A stretch of DNA of 64,000 nt from an uncultured Eubacteriales bacterium (GTDB lineage: Bacteria; Acidobacteriota; Aminicenantia; Aminicenantales; Aminicenantaceae), in contig CAZWHQ010000012.1 of assembly GCA_964633715.1 (NCBI GenBank), positions 8,062-72,061 of the forward strand. Reading direction: 5' to 3'. Under the pieces are notes generated by a model. The model was given only the letters and a program-made list of their open reading frames with translations, was not told where the DNA came from and did not search any database. Shown here piece after piece: positions 46,347 to 56,238 of this stretch (position 1 is its first letter; each line of letters begins with the position of its first letter). The position numbers and the translations under genes are program-made.

Positions 46347-48497
46347 ATGAAAACCAAACCTATACTCTTCATATTTTTAGCTTTGCTTCTGTTTTTAGCT
46401 CCTTCATACGGACTTTGTCAATCCGGCAGTTCCTTTAAAACACCGCTGTCTCCGGACATCCTTAACCTTCTCGTCAACGAGATCTCCGGACAGATCATCT
46501 TCAACAATGAAGTGATTCTTGCAGGAGCGCCATGGATCAGAGATGCGTCAGAGTTTTCAGACACTTTCTATGAATCAATAAAAATGATCGAGATCGCTAA
46601 GAGTTATGGGATCGAGACCATCCGCATAGACCAATTCAAGCGCAACAGGGAATTCAGCTATGCATTTGAGGGAGAATTCTGGATCGTCAAGCCTGAAAAA
46701 AAACTTGTCGCCCGCCTAGAAGCTGACGCCGCCCTTGTTGCCAGCGGATCATCGTCTGTAGATATTACCGGAGACCTTATCTATATTCCACCGCTCCAAG
46801 GACAAGAGATTAAAGCTCTAGAGGAAGCCGGGATCCAAGAACGATATGATGGGAAGATCGCATTGATGTGGTCCCATGCTAGAGGAGGTCTCGCCAAAGC
46901 CTTGGACGCAGCTGGAGTTAAAGGTGTCATTTCCTTTCGAGCTCAGGACCGCTATCTTGATCCCGATCAGGTCGTCTATTCAGGGGGGTCATACTCAGGA
47001 ATGGACAATTTAAAATTCGGATTTACGATCTCATGGCGGCAGTGGACACAGCTCCTTGAAGACATAGAAAAGGGAAGAAAAATCACAGTCAGAGGGAAAA
47101 CCCGGATCGAAAATTTTCCGGATAGAATTGAGAACGTCTTCGCCTGGATCCCAGGGACTGAACCCGATAAAAAGGGGATCATATTTTCAGGGCATCTCTA
47201 TGAGGGATACACTAAGCGCGGGGCCAACGACAATATGAGTGGAGTTGTGGTGCAGTTGGAAATTCTAAGGGCCCTTGCCAAACTCATTGAAAAGGGCTTT
47301 CTTCCACAACCACGAAGAACAATCTATTTTCTCTGGCCCAATGAGATATCTGGCACATACGAGCATTTTGTGCAGCATCCAGGATTTACAGATAAAATCA
47401 GCACAAATATCAATATGGATATGGTGGGCGAAGGTTTGCGAAAAAATAACGGCATACTGACAGTGAGTGAAAGCCCGAACCATCTTCCCAGTTATTTGGA
47501 CGGATTGTGCGAATCCATATGCAATTATGTCTGGCGTATGAACGATATCGTGTATCTCCCCGACTCTCCACGAAACCGGTATGGGCAGATTTTTCCAGTT
47601 CCCATTTGGGAGAAAAACGGATCAAGAGATGCCTTCCGCTATGATATCCAACCCCCATCGGGTGGAAGCGACCACATATGTTTCAATAATCCCTCCGTTT
47701 CCGTACCTGGACTCGGTTTCTGTGCCTGGCCTGACCAGTGGTATCATGCCGACGTCGACACTCCCGACAAATCCGATCCGACTCAACTGAAAAGGATGGC
47801 ATTTATCGGTGCTGCCATGGCATGGGTGACGGCCAACTGCACGGATGAGGTCTTAGCCGTTCTTCTCGATGAGGTTTCGGATTTTGGGTACGAACGAGTT
47901 GCGAGACAAGAACTTTCCCGATCCATGCAACTTATCAATCATGCAGAAGCCAAAACTCTTCAGGATTCAACTTCGAGAGCTCTGAGTCTCCTCAGCTTTG
48001 CATGCAACCGTGAATTAGAGGCCATCCAAAAAACGGAAGATATCTTCACTGGATCCGAAAAAGCCAAACATCTGGTCAACAGTCATGTCCAGCAGTGGAT
48101 ACAGTACGAAAGGGCGCTAAGAGATTTACTGATGGAATACAGCCGCTTCCAAGCTCAAAGACAAGGCGCAAAAATCCCTTCGGAACCGGAAATCACCGAA
48201 CTGGAAAAATCATATCTCAAAGTGGTCCCCGTTCTTCTCCCGAATATAAAGGGCCAAAAATTTAATCTCAACCAGACCGGCAAGTACGGTGAATTCATGA
48301 AGGAAAATCCCGACTTCAACAAAGAGCTCAAGCTGGACCGCAGACAGCAGAGATCCATTCTCAACTATATCAACGGCCGCCGGTCAATAACAAAAATTCG
48401 CAGTTGTGTTGTGGCCGAATCAGGTAACGATATAGATTTTAACGCACTGCTCAAATATCTCGACTTCCTCAAAACAATCGACTGGATTACCTATTAA
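46347..48497 (+). CDS. Secreted M28-like peptidase with PA domain (DUF4910-type)
   Basis: Start ATG 46347 (MKTKPILFIFLALLLFLAPSYG). ANDNMSGVVVQLEILRALAKL parallels the M28 ADDNASG zinc-ligand region. Confidence 0.6.
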   Translation: MKTKPILFIFLALLLFLAPSYGLCQSGSSFKTPLSPDILNLLVNEISGQIIFNNEVILAGAPWIRDASEFSDTFYESIKMIEIAKSYGIETIRIDQFKRNREFSYAFEGEFWIVKPEKKLVARLEADAALVASGSSSVDITGDLIYIPPLQGQEIKALEEAGIQERYDGKIALMWSHARGGLAKALDAAGVKGVISFRAQDRYLDPDQVVYSGGSYSGMDNLKFGFTISWRQWTQLLEDIEKGRKITVRGKTRIENFPDRIENVFAWIPGTEPDKKGIIFSGHLYEGYTKRGANDNMSGVVVQLEILRALAKLIEKGFLPQPRRTIYFLWPNEISGTYEHFVQHPGFTDKISTNINMDMVGEGLRKNNGILTVSESPNHLPSYLDGLCESICNYVWRMNDIVYLPDSPRNRYGQIFPVPIWEKNGSRDAFRYDIQPPSGGSDHICFNNPSVSVPGLGFCAWPDQWYHADVDTPDKSDPTQLKRMAFIGAAMAWVTANCTDEVLAVLLDEVSDFGYERVARQELSRSMQLINHAEAKTLQDSTSRALSLLSFACNRELEAIQKTEDIFTGSEKAKHLVNSHVQQWIQYERALRDLLMEYSRFQAQRQGAKIPSEPEITELEKSYLKVVPVLLPNIKGQKFNLNQTGKYGEFMKENPDFNKELKLDRRQQRSILNYINGRRSITKIRSCVVAESGNDIDFNALLKYLDFLKTIDWITY

Positions 48498-48499
48498 AA

Positions 48500-50188
48500 A
48501 TGAAACGCAGTTCTCTTTTCACTCTGCTGCTCATTATCTCTGTTGTTTTTCTTTCCTTTTATCTGAAAAATAAAATCTCACCTACCGAAAAAAATAAAAT
48601 CCAAACTAGAGTCGATAAAATCTTTGAAAACTGGGATAAATCCGATTCACCCGGCGCTGCTCTTGCGGTTGTCAAAGGAAAAAAGGTCGTTTATGCACAG
48701 GGATACGGCTCGGCAAATTTAGAATACGATATACCGATTACACCAGAGACCATTTTTCATGTGGCCTCCATTTCAAAACAGTTTACAGCCTTTGCCATAA
48801 CCAAACTGGCCGATGCGGGAAACTTATCTCTGGATGACGATATCCGGCTCCATCTTCCCGACATTCCCGATTTCGGAAAAACCATTACGATCCGCCACCT
48901 TATCCACCATATCTCGGGTTTACGGGACCAGTGGGAACTTTTGGCTATGGCCGGATGGCGACTGGATGACGTGATCACAAAAAATCACATACTCAAAATG
49001 GTCCGGCGCCAGAAGGATCTCAATTTCGATCCCGGTGAGGAATACCTGTACTGCAACACCGGTTATACACTTCTTGCCGAAATTGTCGAGAGAGTCACGA
49101 AAAAAAGTTTCCGTGACTGGACTTTGGAAAATATTTTTAAACCTCTGAGCATGACCAACACACAGTTTTTTGACGATCATGAAAGAATAGTAAAAAACAG
49201 AGCCTATTCCTATTCCCCACAGGAAAAAGGATTTAGAAAAAGAGTGTTGAGCTTTGCCAATGTGGGCGCGACAAGCCTCTTTACGACTGCTGAGGATATG
49301 GCTAAATGGGTGCAAAACTTCGACAGCCAAATCATCGGCAATGATGCGGTTTTAAAACAGATGCACGAACAAGGGTCGTTAAACAGCGGTGAAACGCTCA
49401 ACTATGCATTTGGGCTGTCTATAGGAGAATACAAAGGACTCAAAACTGTCGGCCACGGCGGTTCGGATGCTGGATTCAGGAGCCATGTTGTGCGATTCCC
49501 CGAAGAGGATTTTGCCGTCATCGTTCTCTCCAACCTTTCCTCAATCAACACAAGCCGTTTGGCGATGCAGGTGGCCGACCTTTATCTGGCAAAAAAGATC
49601 AAAGAAAAAAAACTGCCCAAAAAGAAAGCCGAACGGGCAAGCATCGAACTCGATCCAAAAATTCTCACGGCTTATGAAGGCCTGTATAAAATCCGCCCGG
49701 ATTATGCCCTCACCATAAAAATACAAAACGGCCAACTGTTTATCCAAGGAACTGGTGGGAGTCAACACATCCTCTATCCAGAATCAGAGACATTATTTTT
49801 CAGGGAGAATGACGATTTTGAGATTTTATTTACTATCAACAATGTCGGAGATATTACAAAAATCACGGTTCTGGACAATGGAAGAAAGATCGAAGGGACA
49901 AAGTTTATCCCCATCCATCTCAATCCTGAGCAGATAGCCGAATACACCGGAGAATATTACAGCCCTGAACTGGATACATTTTACAGGATTGTTTGGGTAG
50001 AAGACCGTCTTGTCGCCACACACCGGAAACATGACGATATTCCCTTAACAAAAATTACTCCGGATTATTATTCCGGGACAGAATGGTTCTTCAGGACGCT
50101 CCATTTCACACGAGATGAGAGCAACAGCATCGATGGATTTATGGTCACAGGAAGCCGAGTCCGCAATCTCCGTTTCACAAAAAAATAA
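48500..50188 (+). CDS. Serine hydrolase of the beta-lactamase / S12 D-aminopeptidase family with C-terminal extra domain
   Basis: SISKQ is the SxxK motif, YCNTGY the YxN motif, and HGGSD the KTG-like motif. The start is 3 nt after the upstream stop. Confidence 0.8.
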   Translation: MKRSSLFTLLLIISVVFLSFYLKNKISPTEKNKIQTRVDKIFENWDKSDSPGAALAVVKGKKVVYAQGYGSANLEYDIPITPETIFHVASISKQFTAFAITKLADAGNLSLDDDIRLHLPDIPDFGKTITIRHLIHHISGLRDQWELLAMAGWRLDDVITKNHILKMVRRQKDLNFDPGEEYLYCNTGYTLLAEIVERVTKKSFRDWTLENIFKPLSMTNTQFFDDHERIVKNRAYSYSPQEKGFRKRVLSFANVGATSLFTTAEDMAKWVQNFDSQIIGNDAVLKQMHEQGSLNSGETLNYAFGLSIGEYKGLKTVGHGGSDAGFRSHVVRFPEEDFAVIVLSNLSSINTSRLAMQVADLYLAKKIKEKKLPKKKAERASIELDPKILTAYEGLYKIRPDYALTIKIQNGQLFIQGTGGSQHILYPESETLFFRENDDFEILFTINNVGDITKITVLDNGRKIEGTKFIPIHLNPEQIAEYTGEYYSPELDTFYRIVWVEDRLVATHRKHDDIPLTKITPDYYSGTEWFFRTLHFTRDESNSIDGFMVTGSRVRNLRFTKK

Positions 50189-50379
50189 TCCCTTCACATT
50201 TTTTGAATTTCCTAAAGGATTGGGCACATCTAGGTCCACTCCATTACAGCTATTTTGATATTCACACGCACAAATTCCAAACTCTAAATAATTTCTTTTA
50301 AATTCTTTAAATTTTAAACAACTTTTTTGGATTTTACACGTCTTAATATATAAATGCCTTTTGCATACAAATAGGAGAA

Positions 50380-50718
50380 ATGGACATGAAACTTTTATCC
50401 AGGGCTGAAGAGATTTGCCTCATCTCCGTTTATAAACTCGACGGGAACGCCTACGGTGTAACAATTAGAGAACAAATCCACAAAGATATCGGTTTTTATT
50501 GGTCTTTTGGCGTCATCTACAAAACCTTAAAAAAGTTGAATTACAAAAAATATGTCCATAAAATAACCAGCTCTCCTCTTTCCGAACGGGGAGGCCGGAG
50601 CCGTTATTTTTATGAAATCACCTCGGAAGGACAGTCTGCCCTCAAAGAGATCAGAAGGCTTCAATCCTCATTATGGAAAGGCGTTTTAAGCCCTTCGTTT
50701 GAAAAAAAGGCGGATTGA
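50380..50718 (+). CDS. PadR-family transcriptional regulator
   Basis: ICLISVYKLDGNAYGVTIREQIHKD…YKTLKKLNYKKYV is a winged helix of PadR type. Confidence 0.8.
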   Translation: MDMKLLSRAEEICLISVYKLDGNAYGVTIREQIHKDIGFYWSFGVIYKTLKKLNYKKYVHKITSSPLSERGGRSRYFYEITSEGQSALKEIRRLQSSLWKGVLSPSFEKKAD

Positions 50719-52309
50719 AACATTAAAACAATATCCACGCCCTCCGCTTATTGCCCGGGTTATGCTGAGAGTTTTAAGAAGTGGGGATGAATATCATGAA
50801 GTCGCCGATGATATCCAGGAAGTCTACAAACAGCTTATGGAAACAGGGCCTAAATGGAAGGCCAGGTTATGGTACTTTTTCAGGGTCGTCGAATCTATTC
50901 CCAGCTTTGTTTCAGATATTATTTATTGGCGGATCTTAATGCTTAATAACTATCCTGAACTATTCATAAATGTAGCCGACACCGAGATATATGTTCATTA
51001 TTATCATCCTATTACTCGATTCATCTAGCTACATTGTGATTGAAACATTTTCCAAAACTTTTTCTAAGAATAAGTCGGCCAAATTTACCTTCCAGGCAAG
51101 CCGATCTCACTGCATCAGCTTCGTTGTAGCCTGTTCGCGGTACATTAGTACAGCTTCACAGGCCACTGCCTCGCAACTACAGCAACCTCGACTTGTGAAT
51201 AATCCAGGCTATTTAAAAATCGCTATTAGAAACTTTAAGCGGCATAAAGGCTATTCATTTATCAATCTGGCGGGTTTTGCGATCGGGATGATGTGCTGTC
51301 TTCTTATCTTCCTCTATATCCGGCATGAAACCAGCTATGATAATTACCACAAGGATGGAGACCGCGTTTACCGCATTGTGCAAGATATCAGAACCCAGAC
51401 TTCCAACAGAGTTTTTGCTCCTATTTCACCTATGGTTGGTCCGACACTCAAAGCAGATTTCCCACAGGTCGAACAATCCGTACGTGTCATCACTGCTGGG
51501 AGTCGGCTGGTCAGAAAGGAAGATGTGTATTTTTACGAAGACCTCTTCATGTGGGCCGATCAAGAGCTTTTTGATGTCCTGACGATCCCCTTTATCCGGG
51601 GAAATCCCCAGGACGCCTTATCCCGTCCTCAGACCGTAGTTATCACAAAACGAATGGCAGAGAAATACTTCGGTCATGGCGAAGCAATGGAACAATTATT
51701 GACGATCAATCAACAGGATTATGAAGTGACTGGAGTTTTGGCCAATCCTCCTGAAAACACCCATTTGAAGTATGATTTGATTGCCTCATTGGAGACTCTG
51801 GCCGACTGGAACGAGATGAACAATTGGTATTCAACCATGTTTTACACCTATTTGAAACTCCGTCCCAATGTCGATGTGGATGAATTCAGTCTTCAGGTCA
51901 GCCATATTGCAGATAAATACATCGGAGATTTTATATCGAGTCGGGGATCGGAGTACTATTATTTCCTTCAACCTGTTTCCGACATACACCTCAAGTCCAA
52001 CATAAGCTACGAAGCCGAACCAAAGAAATTGGCATTCGTAAGGTACTGGGAGCCTCTGTGCCAGGAATTTTTATTATGCTGTCCAAACAGTTTATAAAAT
52101 GGGTGTTGGTTGCCAATTGTATCGCCTGGCCCCTCGCTTATTATTTCCTGCACGAGTGGCTGAAGAGTTTTGCCTTGAGTGCAAAAATCGATATTTACAC
52201 TTTTCTTTTGTCGGGTTTACTTGTTTTATTTTTGGCTTTGTTGACTGTCAGTTTCCAAACCGTCAGAGCGGCCACGGCCAATCCCTCGGATTCCCTACGC
52301 TACGAATAA
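50699..52309 (+). pseudogene. Degraded ADOP/MacB-type (FtsX) ABC permease gene split over three frames with an internal deletion
   Basis: 50699..51028 is the permease prefix domain (YPRPPLIARVMLRVL…ARLWYFFRVV). 50991..52097 has the first TM (AIRNFKRHKGYSFINLAGFAIGMMC) and a MacB-type periplasmic domain. 52058..52309 has the terminal TMs ending NPSDSLRYE. The total is far shorter than the 800+ aa of intact homologs. Confidence 0.65.
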
Positions 52310-52559
52310 ATACTTTACTGTTGCTCTCCAGCCCTTTAACGAGGAAAACCTGGTTGAGTTTAACTCAAACATGTGAGACTATACATTCAAGGAAGGAGAC
52401 ATGAATCCTCGCAAGAATAAAGGGGTATCAAGGCATGAATTCCTCAAAACTGCGGGCACATCGTCGAGCATGAAACAGGGCCAACTTCATGGAGAGCACC
52501 AAAGGCTGTTTGGAGGGACTCCCTAAAATGGGTCGGGGATTGTAAACAAAGAGGTGAAT

Positions 52560-54152
52560 ATGGGACAGACAAATAATACCCTAAACCGTCGGGACTTCAT
52601 TAAAATAACGGCTGCGGCTGGAATCACAACCCTTTTGCCGAGCTGCCGGTCAGAGTCAGCCAAAAAAAACAAACAACGGCCTAACGTGCTGTTTGTCATT
52701 GTCGACGACCTCAGGCCCGAACTGGGATGTTACGGCAATCCGGAAATAAAAACCCCGAATTTTGACAAGCTGGCCGGAGAAGGGATTTTCTTTGCGCAGA
52801 CTCACTGCCAAGCTGCGGCCTGCGCGCCCTCCCGAGCCAGTGTTATGCTGGGCATGAGGCCCGACTCCACCCGGGTGTGGAGCCTGGGCGAAAAGTTCCG
52901 GGAGATCAATCCAAACTATGTCACCATGCCCCAGCATTTTTTTAAACACGGCTACCACACTGTCTCCATGGGAAAAATCTTCCACAACCACATGCCCGAT
53001 CGTTTATCTTTTGTAGAACCGGACTTGAAGCCAACTGAGTACATGACCCCTGAGATGATCGACCGGGATGCAGAATCCTTCTATTATGACGAAGAATTAA
53101 ACGAGGAACTGGCCCAAGTCAGAGAACGGAGGCTTAAAAAGAATCCCAATGCTTATGCCGACGGTTGGGCTTATGGACGCTCCTGGGAAAGTTCAGATGC
53201 CCCCGATAACGCTTTTTATGATGGTGCGCAAACAGACCTGGCCATAGAAAAGTTGAAAGAATTAAAAGAGAAAGACAAGCCCTTTTATTTCGCATTGGGC
53301 TACTTCCGGCCGCACTTGCCCTTTGTCGCCCCTAAGAAATATTGGGACCTCTATGACCGGCAAAAACTTCCGTTGGCCGACAATCCCTATCTACCTAAGG
53401 ATTCTCCGATTATGGCCATAAATTCCGCTTACGAACTCAAGGCCTGCTATGATCTAGAGTGGGTTAAGCACCCCTCGGTCGAACAAATTCCAGAGGAAAC
53501 CGCCCGACTTTTGAAGCATGGTTATTATGCATCCGTCAGCTATGTGGATGCCTGTCTAGGCCGCCTGATGGATGGATTAAAGGAGCTGGGATTGGATAAA
53601 AATACGATTGTGGTTGTCTGGGGCGATCATGGTTGGAAACTTGGAGAACACGGTAGCTGGTGCAAACAGACGAACTACAACGTCGACACACGAGTTCCTT
53701 TGATTATTCGAACACCAGACATGACGGTTACAGGACAATCCTGCGAACAGCTTACAGAGCTTGTTGACCTCTTCCCCACACTCTGTGATCTAACGGGAAT
53801 TGAAATTCCAGACTATATGGAAGGATCGAGCCTCAAGCCGTTGCTCAATAATCCGGATTCGAAAATAAAGAACGCGGCCTTCAGCCAATATGTACGGCGG
53901 CCCAAGAATTCGCCCGATGGAAAGCGTTATATGGGATACTCAATGGTGACCAAACAGTATCACTATGTGGAGTGGTATCACTGGGATCACGACACAAAAA
54001 CCGCCGGCGAGCTGGCCGCTCTCGAACTCTATAACACCCAAACAGATCCAGGTGAAAACATCAATATAGCCGGGATTCCGGAAAATAAGGACGTTGTCCA
54101 ACAGCTGGCCCAGCAAATAAAGGCGGGCTGGAGAGCCGCGCGAATGCGTTAG
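52560..54152 (+). CDS. Cys-type sulfatase (formylglycine-dependent) with Tat signal
   Basis: Start ATG 52560 with an AAGAGG RBS. NRRDFIKITAAAGITTLLPSC is a Tat motif. CAPSRASVMLGMRP is the C-x-P-x-R FGly motif. GDHGW is present. Confidence 0.85.
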   Translation: MGQTNNTLNRRDFIKITAAAGITTLLPSCRSESAKKNKQRPNVLFVIVDDLRPELGCYGNPEIKTPNFDKLAGEGIFFAQTHCQAAACAPSRASVMLGMRPDSTRVWSLGEKFREINPNYVTMPQHFFKHGYHTVSMGKIFHNHMPDRLSFVEPDLKPTEYMTPEMIDRDAESFYYDEELNEELAQVRERRLKKNPNAYADGWAYGRSWESSDAPDNAFYDGAQTDLAIEKLKELKEKDKPFYFALGYFRPHLPFVAPKKYWDLYDRQKLPLADNPYLPKDSPIMAINSAYELKACYDLEWVKHPSVEQIPEETARLLKHGYYASVSYVDACLGRLMDGLKELGLDKNTIVVVWGDHGWKLGEHGSWCKQTNYNVDTRVPLIIRTPDMTVTGQSCEQLTELVDLFPTLCDLTGIEIPDYMEGSSLKPLLNNPDSKIKNAAFSQYVRRPKNSPDGKRYMGYSMVTKQYHYVEWYHWDHDTKTAGELAALELYNTQTDPGENINIAGIPENKDVVQQLAQQIKAGWRAARMR

Positions 54153-54161
54153 AATCTAAAA

Positions 54162-55082
54162 TCAGATCTTATCTTCCCCCTCTCTGATTTGATTTTTCTT
54201 TAATAAACCAAAAAGAAAAAGTTTCATGAAAAATAATCCAAACAGAATTGGAATGAGGCGATTTACGAAAGAGACCAAAAGGCTTGCTCCCAGTAATCTC
54301 TCTGGAGTCGCATAATTCGAAAAGATTAAAAGAATAGTGCTTTCCCTGGTACCCAGGCCCGAGGGAGTTAGGGGAAGCATAGAAGCCAGAATGGACAGGG
54401 GAACAAGGCGCAATAGGACACCAAACGGAACCTCTATATCCAGAGCCGTAAAGAGAAGATACGTATTGAGCAGTTTTAAACCCTCAAACCCCAAGGAATA
54501 AAAAAAAAGAAGGGAGAGTGTTTTAGAATTCAATCTATCAATAATTTCCTTATTCTTTAAAAAAATCTTAATGAGTCTTTTAAGAAGAGGGACCAACATC
54601 AGAAAAAGGAAAAACAATAGACCAAGATAGTATCTTTGCTTTAAGGCAAATTGATCGAAAAGCCATCCCACAAAAACAAAAAAAGACAAAGCAGCAGCAC
54701 TTAGAGCGTATCCAAACAGAACAGAAGTCAGACCTTTGGGATAGGAGAGATGATGTCTCTTTTTCAGATAGGCAATCCTGGTCAATTCTCCACCTTTAAG
54801 GGGAAGAATTCCCTTTAAAGGAATACTCCCTATTCTGAGGATAAAGGCTTCCTTAAAAGAAAGAGGGCAGTCCAAGATTCTCAGTATCTCCCTCTGTCTA
54901 CCTGGTGAGAAAAAGACATACATAAACAGACATACCAGAATACTCAAAGAAACCAATTTAACGTCAGCCTGTCCAAAAACGATAAGAGCTTCTGAAAATT
55001 CTATTTTAGAGAAAATGATCACAAAGAGGACAATGGTTAAAACCCAGGGGAAAGCAAATTTTATAGTTTTTTTAAAATTCAT
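54162..55082 (-). CDS. UPF0104 / lysyl-PG-synthase-TM-like flippase-like membrane protein
   Basis: 306 aa with 8 or more TM segments. The architecture is that of the flippase-like domain found with lipid-modifying enzymes. Confidence 0.55.
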   Translation of the reverse strand: MNFKKTIKFAFPWVLTIVLFVIIFSKIEFSEALIVFGQADVKLVSLSILVCLFMYVFFSPGRQREILRILDCPLSFKEAFILRIGSIPLKGILPLKGGELTRIAYLKKRHHLSYPKGLTSVLFGYALSAAALSFFVFVGWLFDQFALKQRYYLGLLFFLFLMLVPLLKRLIKIFLKNKEIIDRLNSKTLSLLFFYSLGFEGLKLLNTYLLFTALDIEVPFGVLLRLVPLSILASMLPLTPSGLGTRESTILLIFSNYATPERLLGASLLVSFVNRLIPILFGLFFMKLFLFGLLKKNQIREGEDKI

Positions 55083-55098
55083 AAATTCGAATGTTTTT

Positions 55099-56187
55099 TT
55101 ATTTTATGTGTTTTTGTCTCCGGTAATATTTTTTATTGAGATGATAATAAAGGACATTGACTAAAGTGGGTAGAGAAAAATTATAAATCAGATTCAATTC
55201 TAAACGGTGATGATGCCAGCAATCTTGGCACTCAGGAAGATTAACAAGCTCCCAGGCTTTTCTAAATCCATCTTTGATGACGTTCACTGGATTATCCCTA
55301 TCGATGGCATAGTAACAAGGAACGAGCTGTCCATCGGGCTGGATGCGCCCAAATATTCGACCTGCAGTGCACGGCAAATCACCAAAGTTTGGAAATTTAT
55401 TCAAATAGTTGAGCATAACCATGGATTGATCCATGGGATTATAGAATTTTCCCTGGCCAGAAAAAATGTCGTTGAAGATAGAATCTGTGCCAAATCTTTG
55501 TAGAACTCCAATAAATTGTCTTAAATTTCTTGTCTTTCTTATCTCTTTTAAGAAATCCAATAATTCCGCTAGCTGCTCTTGAGAAGGACCTAGCTCAGGC
55601 AGATCACAGAGAGGTTGGAAACTCACAAAAGCGCGTGTGTCCATAGCCTTACCTAAGGCAAAAGTAAGGCTCTCCACTGTTGTGTACTTGTTAATCACAG
55701 AAACAATTAAACATCGCCAGTTGTTTTTTTTTACCACATTCAAGGCCTTCATTATCTGTAAGAAAGAACCCTCTCCCCGAGCTCTTTCATGCGCGTTTAA
55801 ATCACCATCCAAGCTGACTTGAATCATATCCGCAGAGGCGGCTTTTAATTCCTTTTCCATCTGGGGTAGCAATAAACCGTTTGTCGTGTACTGAACCCAC
55901 ATCCCCAGTTTTTTTGCCTTGACTATAAGTTCGGGCAAATGTGGGATTAATAGAGGTTCTCCACCTGTAAAAGAGACAATTTTGCAGCCTGCTTCATGGA
56001 TTTCATCCAAAATCCTGAAGTGCTCCTCCTGCCCCAACTCTTCTGTCTCTTCACTCGCATAGCAGTGCGGACAATTAAGATTGCACTTATGAGTCAGCTC
56101 AAAGGCCATCGCCAGCGGATATCTCTTTCCAATAAATTTGCAGGCCAGAAGGCGTGTTCCCAAGATAAACATCGTTTTTAATTTCAT
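55099..56187 (-). CDS. Radical SAM enzyme with C-terminal Cys-rich SPASM/twitch-like region
   Basis: CNLNCPHCYA is a CxxxCxxC motif. C-terminal cysteines are in LPCTAGRIF…VPCYYAI…LPECQDCW. About 360 aa, like anSME or peptide-modifying rSAMs. Confidence 0.7.
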   Translation of the reverse strand: MKLKTMFILGTRLLACKFIGKRYPLAMAFELTHKCNLNCPHCYASEETEELGQEEHFRILDEIHEAGCKIVSFTGGEPLLIPHLPELIVKAKKLGMWVQYTTNGLLLPQMEKELKAASADMIQVSLDGDLNAHERARGEGSFLQIMKALNVVKKNNWRCLIVSVINKYTTVESLTFALGKAMDTRAFVSFQPLCDLPELGPSQEQLAELLDFLKEIRKTRNLRQFIGVLQRFGTDSIFNDIFSGQGKFYNPMDQSMVMLNYLNKFPNFGDLPCTAGRIFGRIQPDGQLVPCYYAIDRDNPVNVIKDGFRKAWELVNLPECQDCWHHHRLELNLIYNFSLPTLVNVLYYHLNKKYYRRQKHIK

Positions 56188-56238
56188 GACAACTCTAACT
56201 TTTTCCTATTCAAATAATAGACATTTTCTTTTATTTAG

